Assembly (NCBI GenBank): GCA_963762115.1
Contig: CAVXJH010000003.1
Coordinates: 32,001-96,000, forward strand
Reading direction: 5' to 3'
Source: Candidatus Babeliales bacterium
GTDB taxonomy: Bacteria; Babelota; Babeliae; Babelales; JANWKD01
Length of the DNA: 64,000 bases
Shown here: one piece after another, positions 1 to 10,274 of the stretch
Numbering within the stretch: position 1 is the first letter of the stretch
Layout: every line of letters starts with the position of its first letter
Notes under the pieces: generated by a model
What the model saw: only the letters and a program-made list of their open reading frames with translations
The model's database searches: none
What the model was told of the DNA's origin: nothing
Translations under genes and position numbers: made by a program

Positions 1-34
1 CGGTGATACCCATCAATAACGATAGACATTTCAT
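1..34 (-). CDS. 5' end of a gene running off the window (MKCLSLLMGIT...)
   Basis: ATG at 34-32 on the minus strand with AAAGGA upstream; hydrophobic signal-like start; only 11 codons visible. Confidence 0.4.
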   Translation of the reverse strand, partial: MKCLSLLMGIT

Positions 35-329
35 ACCATTATTTCCTTTATTCTGTTATTTGCCTTGATATAGTCGGGTTAATTAGGTGTAAAGGATACA
101 GGATAATTGGAACTTTAGCTATTTTTATTTATGATAGAAATGTTAAAAATCTGAATTTATTTTTTATCAAGCAATCCATTAAGATAAGCTTCAAGTTGAT
201 TTTCATTTGAAAAATGAAGTGACTCCCCTGAATATTCTTTTATTAAATGAGTATATTATTTTTGAGTTAAGAGATGCCAAATTTCAAAAAGATATAGATA
301 TACAGAAATTGGCTTTTACTTTTTGGGCG

Positions 330-2391
330 TTAAAATTCAAGGTTTTTAAAACTTCGTATTTTAATTTTGGCCATCGAATTGCTCATAATTGGCAGTATTT
401 CTTGTTGTGCGGGGTTGTGGCGCGTTTCAATAACATTTGACATGGCTGTCTTAATGCAACTTGGTAGTGCAGCATAAAGTTTATAAGATTCAGTTGGTAA
501 TGGATTTCCTGATGGCAAAAATGAATGTATTGTTAACGGTGTTTCTCTGTTATAGCATTGTGCAATAAAAGCTGATTGATTGGCAGAAAGTTTTTTACTT
601 TTTTTAATCACTTTTTTAGAATTTGCAAAAGGACCTATAAGTAAAATTCTGCTTGCAACAGCTTTTGCGGTATAAAGCCCATTGTTGGCATGAGCGGTTT
701 CATAGGAAGTTTTTTTATTGACTAATGGTGGCCATGTAGGCCAATGATTAACATTATCAGAGGAAGTGCAATTAAAAATCTCTGTGGAAGTTTCTTGATT
801 ATGAAGAATAATATGAGGTTTTTGTTTTTTATTGGAAACGAGCATGCCCGACGAGTAGCCCATTTGTGGTAATATATAGATAAAAAAATTTCTTTTTTCT
901 AGGTCGAAAACATGCATTTCTTGATCAGAACTAGTGACTGGTGTGCCATCAAAAGAGAATTCAAAATTACCGGGGAATTCAGTTGGGAAAGGAATTTTGC
1001 ATGTAAGGGTATATCTTTGATGAGAATTAGTATCTTCTTGAAGATTCCAAAGTTCAATTGTTGCATTGGCATAGTCCCTCCAAGTTTTTTCATCGTGTGA
1101 AATTACAAGAAGATCTTTTGTATGGGGAGTGAAATTAAAATCAATAATAGCTTGTTCACTGGTAATACAATATTTTTTACCAGTTTTGGTATTCATAAGA
1201 GCAATTTCATGAGGGCTGTCAGTAAAATAGGCGAATGTTTTTCCATCAGGAGAAAAACCAAACCGTTTTTTCTTGCTTATAGAGTATCGATAATGAGTTG
1301 CCAATTTTCTTGAAAAATTCTTTAGATCGCTCAAAAAAATTTTCGTTTCTCCGTGATCATTCATAAAGGCTGCAAGCATAGTCCCATCATGATTCATTAT
1401 GGGTTTCCAAAAATGTCCATCAACTCTTTTTAATGGTGTATTTTGAGTTACTTTCCCTATATCAAGGGGATATTCTGTTGAAAAATAATGTATTACTTCA
1501 TCGCCCAGGGCAAATGTAGACTCATCATCGCTCATGCAAAAGAATGTTGAAATTGAATCTGAAAAACATGAGTCGGAATTATAACGTGTATCAATTTCTT
1601 TTACTAACTTGGTAGTTTTAGTGTTCCATAGTTTTAATTTACCTTCTCTATCAAGCGAAATAAGATAAGAATGTTGTGGAGAAAAAGTGATTTTTTCAAA
1701 ACGTTTTTTACTATTTCTTATTAATTTTGTGATTGGTGTAGTTAATTGAGTAATGGGTGAAGCTTTTTCATGAGAACGATTTAGAATGCTTGAGCTTATT
1801 AACGCATCTATTTCTTTAGGAAGTTGTGCATGAAGCGATGCCCATGATTGTTGTGTATATTCTTTTATATGTCGTTTTGCATACGCTGCTTACAGCAGCA
1901 TCTAATAATGATTTGCAAGCAAGATAGTTTGCTGCATCGAGAATTTCTATGAGTTCTTCTTGAGAGCAGGTGTTAAATTGCATAAAAAGATGATCTAAGT
2001 CTTGATATAAGGGGAGGGCTATAAGTTGAAGATATTTTTCTTCTTGTTCATTCTCTTCTTGATCATTTTTAAAAAATGCCTGAGATAAAATAGTGTAGCG
2101 GGTTATTATTGCATCATAACTTTTTAGTAGCGCGATAATTTTTTGTAAGGTCGGTGTTGAAATATTTTGTAAGCAAATTGGCTTATCGCTATTTTCTGTA
2201 AGTTTAATCATTGCATTGAGTTGTGAGCAATGGGCAATTATTTCTTGATCAACTAAAAAAACTGCCTTTTTATCGCCTGATTTCAGGCGAACTTTTTTTT
2301 TTTGTTCTTTGATGACATTTTCTTCCATTGCTTGAACAGATAAAGTATAAAAAACTAAAAGGCTAAAAAATAAAATACGATAGGTAATCAT
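330..2391 (-). pseudogene. Signal peptide + Skp1-like domain + WD40 propeller protein, split by a 1-nt frameshift near 1890 (pseudogene or sequencing error)
   Basis: ORF 1816..2391 has Skp1-like motifs (VRLKSGD...ELIEILDAANYLACKSLLDAAV). The frame of ORF 330..1535 is open from 1889 and encodes a WD40 repeat (ITFSPQHSYLISLDREGKLKLWNTKT). Confidence 0.8.
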
Positions 2392-2552
2392 GAATAGTTT
2401 TCTTTTGGTTATTACAATAATTACTATTTTTTAAAAATAAAACATAATAAACTTTCATAATAATAAGTACATTATTCATGCAATTTGTCAATAAAGTTTA
2501 GTTAGCATTGCTTAATACACAATAAATAGTATCTTTTGACGTTATTGTTTAA

Positions 2553-3356
2553 TTAAAAAAGTTTATAAAATAAACAATCAGGTAATAATTTAAAGAGCCA
2601 TGCAATTAACCGCCAACGATGTGTAATATATGCATGAGAAGATTTACTCTCTATTGCGGCATAAATTTGTTCGGCAGCTTTTTCAGGAGTAGAGCGCCAA
2701 AAACTAATTGATTCGCCCATTGCGGTATCAACAGCTCCAGGTTCAATAGTGGTAATAACAATATTTTTCTTATTACGAATTGCATATGCTCTTAATCCTT
2801 CAAGATAATTAGAAACAAAAGCTTTAGAAGCACTATAAATAGAGGCATCGGGAATTCCTCGCAAAGCAGCAATTGATGAAATGCCAACAAGATGCCCGTA
2901 TCCTTGTTGAAAAAAGTATTGCATAGATTCTTGGGCCAAAGCTGCAAAACCAAGCACATTGACCATTATAGTTTCTTTCTGTTCGTGCCAAGACCACATA
3001 TTCATTGTTCCAACACCGGCATTTAAAATAACAAGATCAACATTTCCCATTTTTTTTATTAATTTTCTTAAGACATTTTGTGAATGCTCCGGTTCTTTAA
3101 TATCCATATAATGAATGTATGATTTTCCCGATAATTCTTGTTGCAATGATTCCAGCAAGTGTTTTCTTCTGCCGGTTAAGCCAACAATATAACCTGATTG
3201 TGATAATTTTTTTGCCAATGCTCTACCAATTCCCGAAGTTGCACCGATAATAATAGCATTTTTTTGGACAAGGGATGTTTTTTTTGAAAAAGATATCAAA
3301 ATTAATAAAGAAAATAGACCAATAATAAAAAATAAAAATAGTTTTTTTTTATTCAT
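2553..3356 (-). CDS. Short-chain dehydrogenase/reductase (SDR) with N-terminal membrane anchor
   Basis: GATSGIG, NAG and YSASK motifs. Confidence 0.92.
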   Translation of the reverse strand: MNKKKLFLFFIIGLFSLLILISFSKKTSLVQKNAIIIGATSGIGRALAKKLSQSGYIVGLTGRRKHLLESLQQELSGKSYIHYMDIKEPEHSQNVLRKLIKKMGNVDLVILNAGVGTMNMWSWHEQKETIMVNVLGFAALAQESMQYFFQQGYGHLVGISSIAALRGIPDASIYSASKAFVSNYLEGLRAYAIRNKKNIVITTIEPGAVDTAMGESISFWRSTPEKAAEQIYAAIESKSSHAYITHRWRLIAWLFKLLPDCLFYKLF

Positions 3357-3639
3357 AATAAGCCTTTAGGTTGTAGTGTCCTTTGTATCATATTAGTATA
3401 ATTCTTAAATTGGGTTTCAGATTTGTACCGATCTTTTGGTTTTGCCTTACAAAAGGTAAAATACCTATCTTGACGTTACTGTTTAATTATGTGCTGAAAA
3501 ACAGAAATGACAACCATGTTTTTCATGTAGAATCGATTGATGCTATAAAATATGCTTGCTTGTGGTATTATTTTCTATAGCGATTACACTATAGGATAAT
3601 TTTATTAAAGCGCATATAAATAAATATAGAGGGAATTTT

Positions 3640-4158
3640 ATGATTTTAGGGAAAATAATATTAGGACCATTTTTTGTAATTTTATTGTGCACAGCCTCTA
3701 TGTATGCAATGGAATTGGATGATGTGAGTGTTGATAGCGATCCTATGTGGCAGCAGCAGATGCAAGATTGTGAAGAGAAAGGAAAAGAGATTACTAGAAT
3801 GCAAGAAGAACTTAGAAAAAACTATGTACAACAAAAAGAGAAAATGGCTAGAAAGCGTCAAAAAAAAATGGAAGAATTTGACAGAAGAATGCAAGAGGAA
3901 AATGAGAGGCATGATCAGTGGAAGAGAGAGATGGCTGAGGAAGAGTTATCTATTGTAAGAGTGTTAGATGACATAAGAAAAGAGTCGAATCAAAAAATTA
4001 GCTTTGTTATAAGTGAACTTATGAAAGCACATAATACATTCATGAAAGAGAAACAAATTCCCTTCAGTATACGAAAAAAGTTAGTAATTGAAAGCACAAT
4101 AGATGATATTTTAATAATGTTTAAAATGAACGAAGAAAGAATACGAAATCAAAAATAA
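3640..4158 (+). CDS. Putative secreted coiled-coil protein
   Basis: GAGGG SD; signal peptide ending MYA-ME; E/K/Q/R-rich helix. Confidence 0.75.
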   Translation: MILGKIILGPFFVILLCTASMYAMELDDVSVDSDPMWQQQMQDCEEKGKEITRMQEELRKNYVQQKEKMARKRQKKMEEFDRRMQEENERHDQWKREMAEEELSIVRVLDDIRKESNQKISFVISELMKAHNTFMKEKQIPFSIRKKLVIESTIDDILIMFKMNEERIRNQK

Positions 4159-4247
4159 GTTTTGTAACTTATTTTTTTTCTTGACGTGCTAAGTAAATTT
4201 TTTGTTCTCTAGGTATATAAATTTATACCGAAGGGAGAACACTAACT

Positions 4248-4808
4248 ATGAAAACGCATAGTGTTATTATCAGTATTTTTTGTTGCATTGCAGGATATTG
4301 GGTATATGAGCATTATGTGCCTTGTGTAGCAAGTTCACAGGAGATTATTATGAAATTAACGAGTCCAGCATTTGAGAACCAGTCAAAATTGCCTATTGAT
4401 TATACTTGTCATGGTAAAAATAGTAATCCTCCTTTGCTCATACAAGGTGTGCCTGCAGAAGCAAAAAGTCTTGTTTTGATAATGTCGGATCCGGATGCAC
4501 CACAACCACAACCATGGATTCATTGGGTGCTTTTTAATATTTCTCCAAAAACGACAGAAATTAATGAAGCAGCCCCGCATGCCATGTTAGAAAGTGCTAA
4601 GCGGGGTAAAAATTCTGCACAAACGTTGGAATATTATGGCGCTTGTCCGCCACAAGGTCATGGCATACATCACTATCATTTTATGTTGTATGCTTTAGAT
4701 GAATTGCTAGGTTTGCAAGAAGGTGTTTCGTATGAAGAAATTAAAGAAGCCATGCAAGGACACATAATAGCACAAGCAGATTTAGTTGGTCTTTACGAAA
4801 CGAAATAA
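4248..4808 (+). CDS. YbhB/YbcL family (PEBP, Raf kinase inhibitor-like) protein
   Basis: MKLTSPAF, DPDAP, WIHW, GACPP..HHYHF motifs. Confidence 0.92.
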   Translation: MKTHSVIISIFCCIAGYWVYEHYVPCVASSQEIIMKLTSPAFENQSKLPIDYTCHGKNSNPPLLIQGVPAEAKSLVLIMSDPDAPQPQPWIHWVLFNISPKTTEINEAAPHAMLESAKRGKNSAQTLEYYGACPPQGHGIHHYHFMLYALDELLGLQEGVSYEEIKEAMQGHIIAQADLVGLYETK

Positions 4809-4815
4809 TGATTTT

Positions 4816-7206
4816 ATGAATTATATAAAAAAGTTACAGGAAATTACGTTACAAGATGTTCCCTTGGTTGGTGGTAAAACAGCGTCATTGGGTGAGATGA
4901 TACGAACGTTATCATCGTCTGGGTTTCGTGTTCCTGATGGTTTTGCTATTACGGCAAAAGCGTATTGGCATTATCTTGATGCTAATCATTTACGTGAAAA
5001 AATTGATAACGTCATGCAAACATTGCCTGATAGTGCCGATGAGCAACAATTGCAAAAAGTTGGCAAAGAAATCAGAGCATTATTTATGCAAGGGACTATT
5101 CCTGAAGATCTCAAACAAGAAATTATAGTTGCTTATAAGCAATTATCAAAAGAATATAATGAGCGTTTATTAGCAGTTGCTGTTCGTTCATCAGCCACCG
5201 CAGAAGATTTGCCAGGGGCTTCGTTTGCAGGGCAGCAAGAGACCTTTTTGCATATTAAAGGTATTGATGCATTGTTGCAAGCATGTAAAGGATGCCTTGC
5301 ATCGCTTTTTACTGATCGTGCAATTGTGTATCGTATTTCAAAAAATTTTGACTATCGAAAAATTGCTCTTACTATTGCTGTGCAAAAAATGGTTAGATCT
5401 GATAAGGCTTGTTCGGGTGTTGGTTTTTCGTTGGATACTGAAACTGGATTTAAAGACGTTATTATTCTTAACGCATCATATGGGCTTGGTGAAGCTATTG
5501 TGCAAGGACAAGTTACCCCCGATGAGTATCATCTTTTTAAACCAACGTTGAAAGAAGGTTATGTAGCAATTATAGCAAAAAAAGTGGGTGGTAAAGAAAA
5601 AAAATTAGTGTATGGAAAAACACAAGAACATCCTACCATGTGGAAAAAAGTTGTTCGCAAAGAACAAAATCAGTTTTGTTTAACTGATGAAGAAATTCTT
5701 GAACTCGGAAAATCAATAATGCTTATTGAAGAACATTATTCTGAACTGCATCAGAAATGGACGCCGATGGATGTTGAATGGGCAAAAGATGGTAATGATG
5801 GATTATTATATATTTTACAAGCTCGGCCAGAAACAGTGCATGCGCTTGAAAATAAGTCTCGATTATTTGAGCAAACTATTTTGAAAACAAAAAATCCAAA
5901 AATTATTTTGCAGGGTCAAAGTATTGGTCAAAAAATTGCGCAAGGAAAAGTAAAAGTAATAGATTCCATACAGCAATTTGCTCAATTTGCTCAAGGCGAT
6001 GTTTTAGTCACCATAATGACTGATCCTGATTGGTTGCCATTGCTCAAAAAAGCGAGTGCTATTATCACGGATTCAGGAGGTCGCACTTGTCATGCAGCAA
6101 TTGTGAGTCGAGAATTAGGAATTCCAGCATTAATTGGCACTAAAAATGCAACAAAAATATTGCAAAATAATGCAGAAATCACGGTTGATTGTAGCCAAGG
6201 AAGCACTGGTTATGTCTATGAAGGTGCGGTTGCATTTGACGTTGAAAAAATTGATATAACGGCATTAGCTAAACCGCCTGTTGATGTTATGGTGAATCTT
6301 GGTGATCCTGCGCAGGCATTTTCTGTTTCACAATTGCCCTATCTTTCGGGGGTTGGATTAGCTCGTTTAGAGTTTATTATTGCTTCATCAATTCAGGTTC
6401 ATCCAATGGCATGTATTCATGATGAAATGATAGTAGATAAAAAAGTGCAAAAAAAAATTAGAAATTGTATGCAGGCATTTTCATCAGGTAAAGATTTTTT
6501 TGTTGATACATTAAGTTATGGGATTGCAATGATTGCAGCGGCGTTTTATCCAAAGCCGGTGTTAGTAAGATTTTCAGATTTTAAAACAAATGAATATAGG
6601 AACTTGTTGGGAGGTTCTTATTTTGAACCTGAAGAAAACAATCCTATGTTGGGATTGCGCGGTGCTTCACGTTATTATAGTTCTTTATATCAAGAAGCAT
6701 TCGCGCTTGAATGCGCTGCTTTAAAAAAGGTACGTGATGAAATAGGCTTAACGAATGTCATCGCGATGATTCCTTTTGTGCGAACAATGGTGGAAGCAGA
6801 AAATGTTATAAGCAGCATGAAGAAAAATGGGTTAAAGCAAAGCCTTGATGGTTTAAGAGTGTATATGATGCTTGAGATTCCTTCGAATGTGATGTTAATT
6901 GATCAGTTTTGTGCGTTGTTCGATGGTTTTTCAATTGGCTCCAATGATTTGACACAATTTACTTTGGCTGTTGATCGTGATTCATCAGTTTTGGCAGATC
7001 TTTTTGATGAACGTGATCAAGCAGTAAAAAAAATGATTTCTTTGGCAATTGCCGGTGCCCTTAAGCATAAAAAACCAATTGGTGTTTGTGGGCAAGCGCC
7101 ATCAGATTATCCTGAAATGGCAGAGTTTTTTATTGATGAAGGAGTCACTTCTTTATCATTGAATCCTGATGCTGTGCTACCATTTTTACTTTCATTGAAT
7201 TCATGA
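4816..7206 (+). CDS. ppsA: Phosphoenolpyruvate synthase
   Basis: VGGK, VRSSATAEDL..SFAGQ, GGRTCHAAI phospho-His motif, FSIGSNDLTQ; start moved to ATG 4816. Confidence 0.97.
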   Translation: MNYIKKLQEITLQDVPLVGGKTASLGEMIRTLSSSGFRVPDGFAITAKAYWHYLDANHLREKIDNVMQTLPDSADEQQLQKVGKEIRALFMQGTIPEDLKQEIIVAYKQLSKEYNERLLAVAVRSSATAEDLPGASFAGQQETFLHIKGIDALLQACKGCLASLFTDRAIVYRISKNFDYRKIALTIAVQKMVRSDKACSGVGFSLDTETGFKDVIILNASYGLGEAIVQGQVTPDEYHLFKPTLKEGYVAIIAKKVGGKEKKLVYGKTQEHPTMWKKVVRKEQNQFCLTDEEILELGKSIMLIEEHYSELHQKWTPMDVEWAKDGNDGLLYILQARPETVHALENKSRLFEQTILKTKNPKIILQGQSIGQKIAQGKVKVIDSIQQFAQFAQGDVLVTIMTDPDWLPLLKKASAIITDSGGRTCHAAIVSRELGIPALIGTKNATKILQNNAEITVDCSQGSTGYVYEGAVAFDVEKIDITALAKPPVDVMVNLGDPAQAFSVSQLPYLSGVGLARLEFIIASSIQVHPMACIHDEMIVDKKVQKKIRNCMQAFSSGKDFFVDTLSYGIAMIAAAFYPKPVLVRFSDFKTNEYRNLLGGSYFEPEENNPMLGLRGASRYYSSLYQEAFALECAALKKVRDEIGLTNVIAMIPFVRTMVEAENVISSMKKNGLKQSLDGLRVYMMLEIPSNVMLIDQFCALFDGFSIGSNDLTQFTLAVDRDSSVLADLFDERDQAVKKMISLAIAGALKHKKPIGVCGQAPSDYPEMAEFFIDEGVTSLSLNPDAVLPFLLSLNS

Positions 7207-7264
7207 TAAAATAAATAAGTAATAAAATTTTTGAATGTACATTAAACACCAATAAGGAGAAACA

Positions 7265-8503
7265 ATAAAAATAAATATTATTATTTTTGTACTTATTTTT
7301 GTTGGTGGGTTGCAATGCATGGAAGATCAAAAAGATTTTTCTTTTTTTTATGATCGTGTGGAAGATTTGGATGCTGTTGAAGCATATCCAAATTCTCCAT
7401 TTTTTGAAATGGATACAGAACAGTCAATGAATTTTCCAAGTATTCAACAAGATGAGCATAAAAATCATGTTGCACAAACACCTATAATTAATCAAAATGT
7501 ATTGTCTGAGATATCTGAACATCCCCTAAAAAAAAGAAAAGCATCTATTTTTGAATCAGAAGGAGTCCCAAGTGATTCAGTTGATGTAAATACTGTTCGT
7601 TTTACTAGAGAATCTAAAAGTCCAAAGAAAAAAATAAAAAAAACTACATTGGAGCATTTTAATGATCCAAGTATTCCCGATGATTTTAAATGTTTCGAAT
7701 GTAAAGTTGGTTATACCGCTAAAAGTGGAAAGAATTATCATTTAAAGCGAGCGCACACAATTTCTCCGAGTAATATGTGTATTGAATGTGGTTTTATAGT
7801 TAGTAAAAATCAAGAAAAAACGCATGGACGTTTTCATGATTCAATTATTTCGGATGAACTTAAATGTTTTGAATGCAAGGTTGGTTTTTTATATAAAAAT
7901 GAGATAAAACAACATTTCATGCAAAAAGTGCATAAAAATTCTAAAAGTTTTGTACCAGAAGAATTTAAAAGTTCCAATCGTCCAAAAAAAATTACCTTGG
8001 ATCGTTTTTATGATCCAAGTACCCCCGATAAATATAAATGTTTCGCATGTAAAGCTGGATTTAAAAATAAAGGTGCAATAAATTATCATTTGGTACAAGA
8101 GCACAAAACTTCTCTTAATAGTACTTGTAAAGACTGTGGTTATATAATCAGCAGAAATGAAGAAAAAGATCATGCGTTTTTTCATGATTCAACTATTTCA
8201 GATGAATTAAAATGTTTTGAATGTAAAGTTGGTTTTCTATATAAGAAAGAAATCAAAAAACATTTGGAACGATCAGTGCATCAAAGTTCTAATACCTGTT
8301 ATTGTGGTTATAAGATTATTTGGAATCGTGCAAAGATACATGAGCTTTTTCATGATTCAACTATTCCAGAGAATCTTAAATGTTTTACGTGTAAGGTTGG
8401 GTTTGAGAAACAAGCTAGAATTAACCACCATTTAATATATGTGCACAAAATTTCTCCCCATACTCCTGAAGCCATAAAATTTTTGGCACAAAAAGGTGCA
8501 TGA
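7265..8503 (+). CDS. Putative secreted multi-C2H2 zinc-finger protein (8 fingers) with NLS-like basic clusters
   Basis: Repeated C-x1/2-C...H-x3/5-H units; in-frame signal peptide from ATA 7265 behind AAGGAG; PLKKRK and SPKKKIKK. Confidence 0.85.
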   Translation: MKINIIIFVLIFVGGLQCMEDQKDFSFFYDRVEDLDAVEAYPNSPFFEMDTEQSMNFPSIQQDEHKNHVAQTPIINQNVLSEISEHPLKKRKASIFESEGVPSDSVDVNTVRFTRESKSPKKKIKKTTLEHFNDPSIPDDFKCFECKVGYTAKSGKNYHLKRAHTISPSNMCIECGFIVSKNQEKTHGRFHDSIISDELKCFECKVGFLYKNEIKQHFMQKVHKNSKSFVPEEFKSSNRPKKITLDRFYDPSTPDKYKCFACKAGFKNKGAINYHLVQEHKTSLNSTCKDCGYIISRNEEKDHAFFHDSTISDELKCFECKVGFLYKKEIKKHLERSVHQSSNTCYCGYKIIWNRAKIHELFHDSTIPENLKCFTCKVGFEKQARINHHLIYVHKISPHTPEAIKFLAQKGA

Positions 8504-8601
8504 AATATTTTAAACATTTTTAAGCGTTTGTATTTTTTTATTTTTATTTTATTCTTAAAGTTGTTTGGTAGATTTAAATGTTATAACAGAAAGAAATACG
8601 C

Positions 8602-9129
8602 ATGAAAAAAATAGTAAAGCAGTTATTTTTAAAAATAATTCTTATTTTTACTGCGTTTGGTATTAATCAACCAGTACGCGCACATAATAATGGTCCGAAT
8701 GGATTGGTTATTGCCGGGGGGATTGTTGTTGGTACAGGATTATTATATATAACGGGTCGTGCGAGTAGTGCATGTATTTATGCACTTGCAAAGCGACGAT
8801 ATGAACCTGAAATGGAATTGTTGCAACGCATGGTTTATAAGCCCAGTGTGTTAGAAGAAGAATTGGTGCCCTATATTCTTGATTGCCATGCGCAAGCAAA
8901 TGAATCGTTCTTTTTCAATCCTGGTATTTATAAAAATTATCCGTTACTTCACTATAAAAAAGACTTGGATGGGTATATCAACTATCTTTGGTATTTACAG
9001 CTTTTTAGACTAGGAACTGATATGCGACAAGAAATCAGTATTTTTATTGATAAGCTTAAAATGATTCGTCGTTATATTGTTACTGATTATAGTTTTGTAA
9101 AAGAACAACGTCAGTTTGACGAACGATAA
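8602..9129 (+). CDS. Hypothetical protein with signal peptide and one TM-like segment
   Basis: ORF track; hydrophobic N-terminus and GLVIAGGIVVGTGLLY. Confidence 0.75.
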   Translation: MKKIVKQLFLKIILIFTAFGINQPVRAHNNGPNGLVIAGGIVVGTGLLYITGRASSACIYALAKRRYEPEMELLQRMVYKPSVLEEELVPYILDCHAQANESFFFNPGIYKNYPLLHYKKDLDGYINYLWYLQLFRLGTDMRQEISIFIDKLKMIRRYIVTDYSFVKEQRQFDER

Positions 9130-9137
9130 TAGAAAAT

Positions 9138-9175
9138 AAAAAAAGCTGCAAAGATATATCTTTGCAGCTTTTTTT
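9138..9175. terminator. Bidirectional intrinsic terminator
   Basis: Perfect inverted repeat AAAAAAAGCTGCAAAGATA/TATCTTTGCAGCTTTTTTT between convergent genes. Confidence 0.85.
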
Positions 9176-9193
9176 GTGATCAAAATTGTTTTT

Positions 9194-9574
9194 TTATTTA
9201 TTTACTGTTTCAACCAATTGAAATTTATTGCCATCAGCATCGGTAAATGTCGCCATTTTTACTTGACCAGGAACTTCGATAATGGGTCCGTGAAAGGTGA
9301 CGCCTTTTGAGGTTAGTGTATCTTTTGCTGTTAGAATATTCTCAACAAGCATAGTTACAACAGCGTTAGAACCAGCTTTTCCGGTACCGCATGATTCATT
9401 TTCTTCACAAATGCCTAATAGCATGCCGCCATCTTTTCCGATTACTTCAAGCCATTTATATTCTTGTGTATATTCGTGCACGATAAGGCCAAGGACTTCA
9501 GTATAAAATTGTTTTGCTTTTTCTAAATCTGAAACGATAATCCAAGAAAGATCCATTCTTTTGACGATTGACAT
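9194..9574 (-). CDS. VOC/glyoxalase family protein
   Basis: VSDLEKAKQFYTEVLGL and FTDADGNKFQLVE motifs. Confidence 0.92.
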   Translation of the reverse strand: MSIVKRMDLSWIIVSDLEKAKQFYTEVLGLIVHEYTQEYKWLEVIGKDGGMLLGICEENESCGTGKAGSNAVVTMLVENILTAKDTLTSKGVTFHGPIIEVPGQVKMATFTDADGNKFQLVETVNK

Positions 9575-9668
9575 AAAATTCCCTTTGTTATAAAAAAATT
9601 TTTATAAAATTAAAAGTATTATTATTATAAACACAGGGTCAAAAATGTCAAAATGCGCTAAAATAGGC

Positions 9669-9929
9669 TTATTTTTCCCATTTTCTTTTGATGGTGAAGT
9701 TACTGATAGGGTCATGATAATGCTTACAATTTTCACAACAACATCGATCGGCCGACCAGGCATATCGTTCACAGTTGCACATGCAAACAACATGTCGATA
9801 ATTTTGATAATTTGGTCCTTCTTTCCTTGAACGATTTTGATTGTCCATGCAGCCGCTATTGGTGAGAGTGAGCATGGTGTTGAGAGAAAAAAAGAGGGCG
9901 ATAAGCCAAATGGATACAGAGGTTTTCAT
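9669..9929 (-). CDS. Small Cys-rich secreted protein
   Basis: AGGAG SD; signal peptide; CMCNC...CCCENCKHYH. Confidence 0.7.
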   Translation of the reverse strand: MKTSVSIWLIALFFSLNTMLTLTNSGCMDNQNRSRKEGPNYQNYRHVVCMCNCERYAWSADRCCCENCKHYHDPISNFTIKRKWEK

Positions 9930-9937
9930 AGAATCTC

Positions 9938-10129
9938 CTATTTGGTAATCGTGGTGATAAAATCAACGACAAGATCTGTGTGTTGATAGGCTTGATAAAA
10001 GTCATCGCCAAAAAAAGGTGGGGAATCTTTTGAAACGTTGCCAATGCATGTAGGACAAGATTTGAGTGGAAAAAAATAAATGGTAAACATGCTCCATGTA
10101 AAGAGTAAAAATAATAATTTGGTTTTCAT
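9938..10129 (-). CDS. Small secreted protein with CxxC motif
   Basis: GGAAGGGA SD; signal peptide followed by CPTC. Confidence 0.65.
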   Translation of the reverse strand: MKTKLLFLLFTWSMFTIYFFPLKSCPTCIGNVSKDSPPFFGDDFYQAYQHTDLVVDFITTITK

Positions 10130-10274
10130 GAGAAGTCCCTTCCGTCGTACACAATTAATTTCATGAGAATTTTTATTCTTGTCTGGTTATAGCATACTTG
10201 AATTAATTTTCAAATTGCAATAATTTAAATAGAGAATAAACGAAATTAATTTTTAGCCGGAGAGTGTTTGGACG

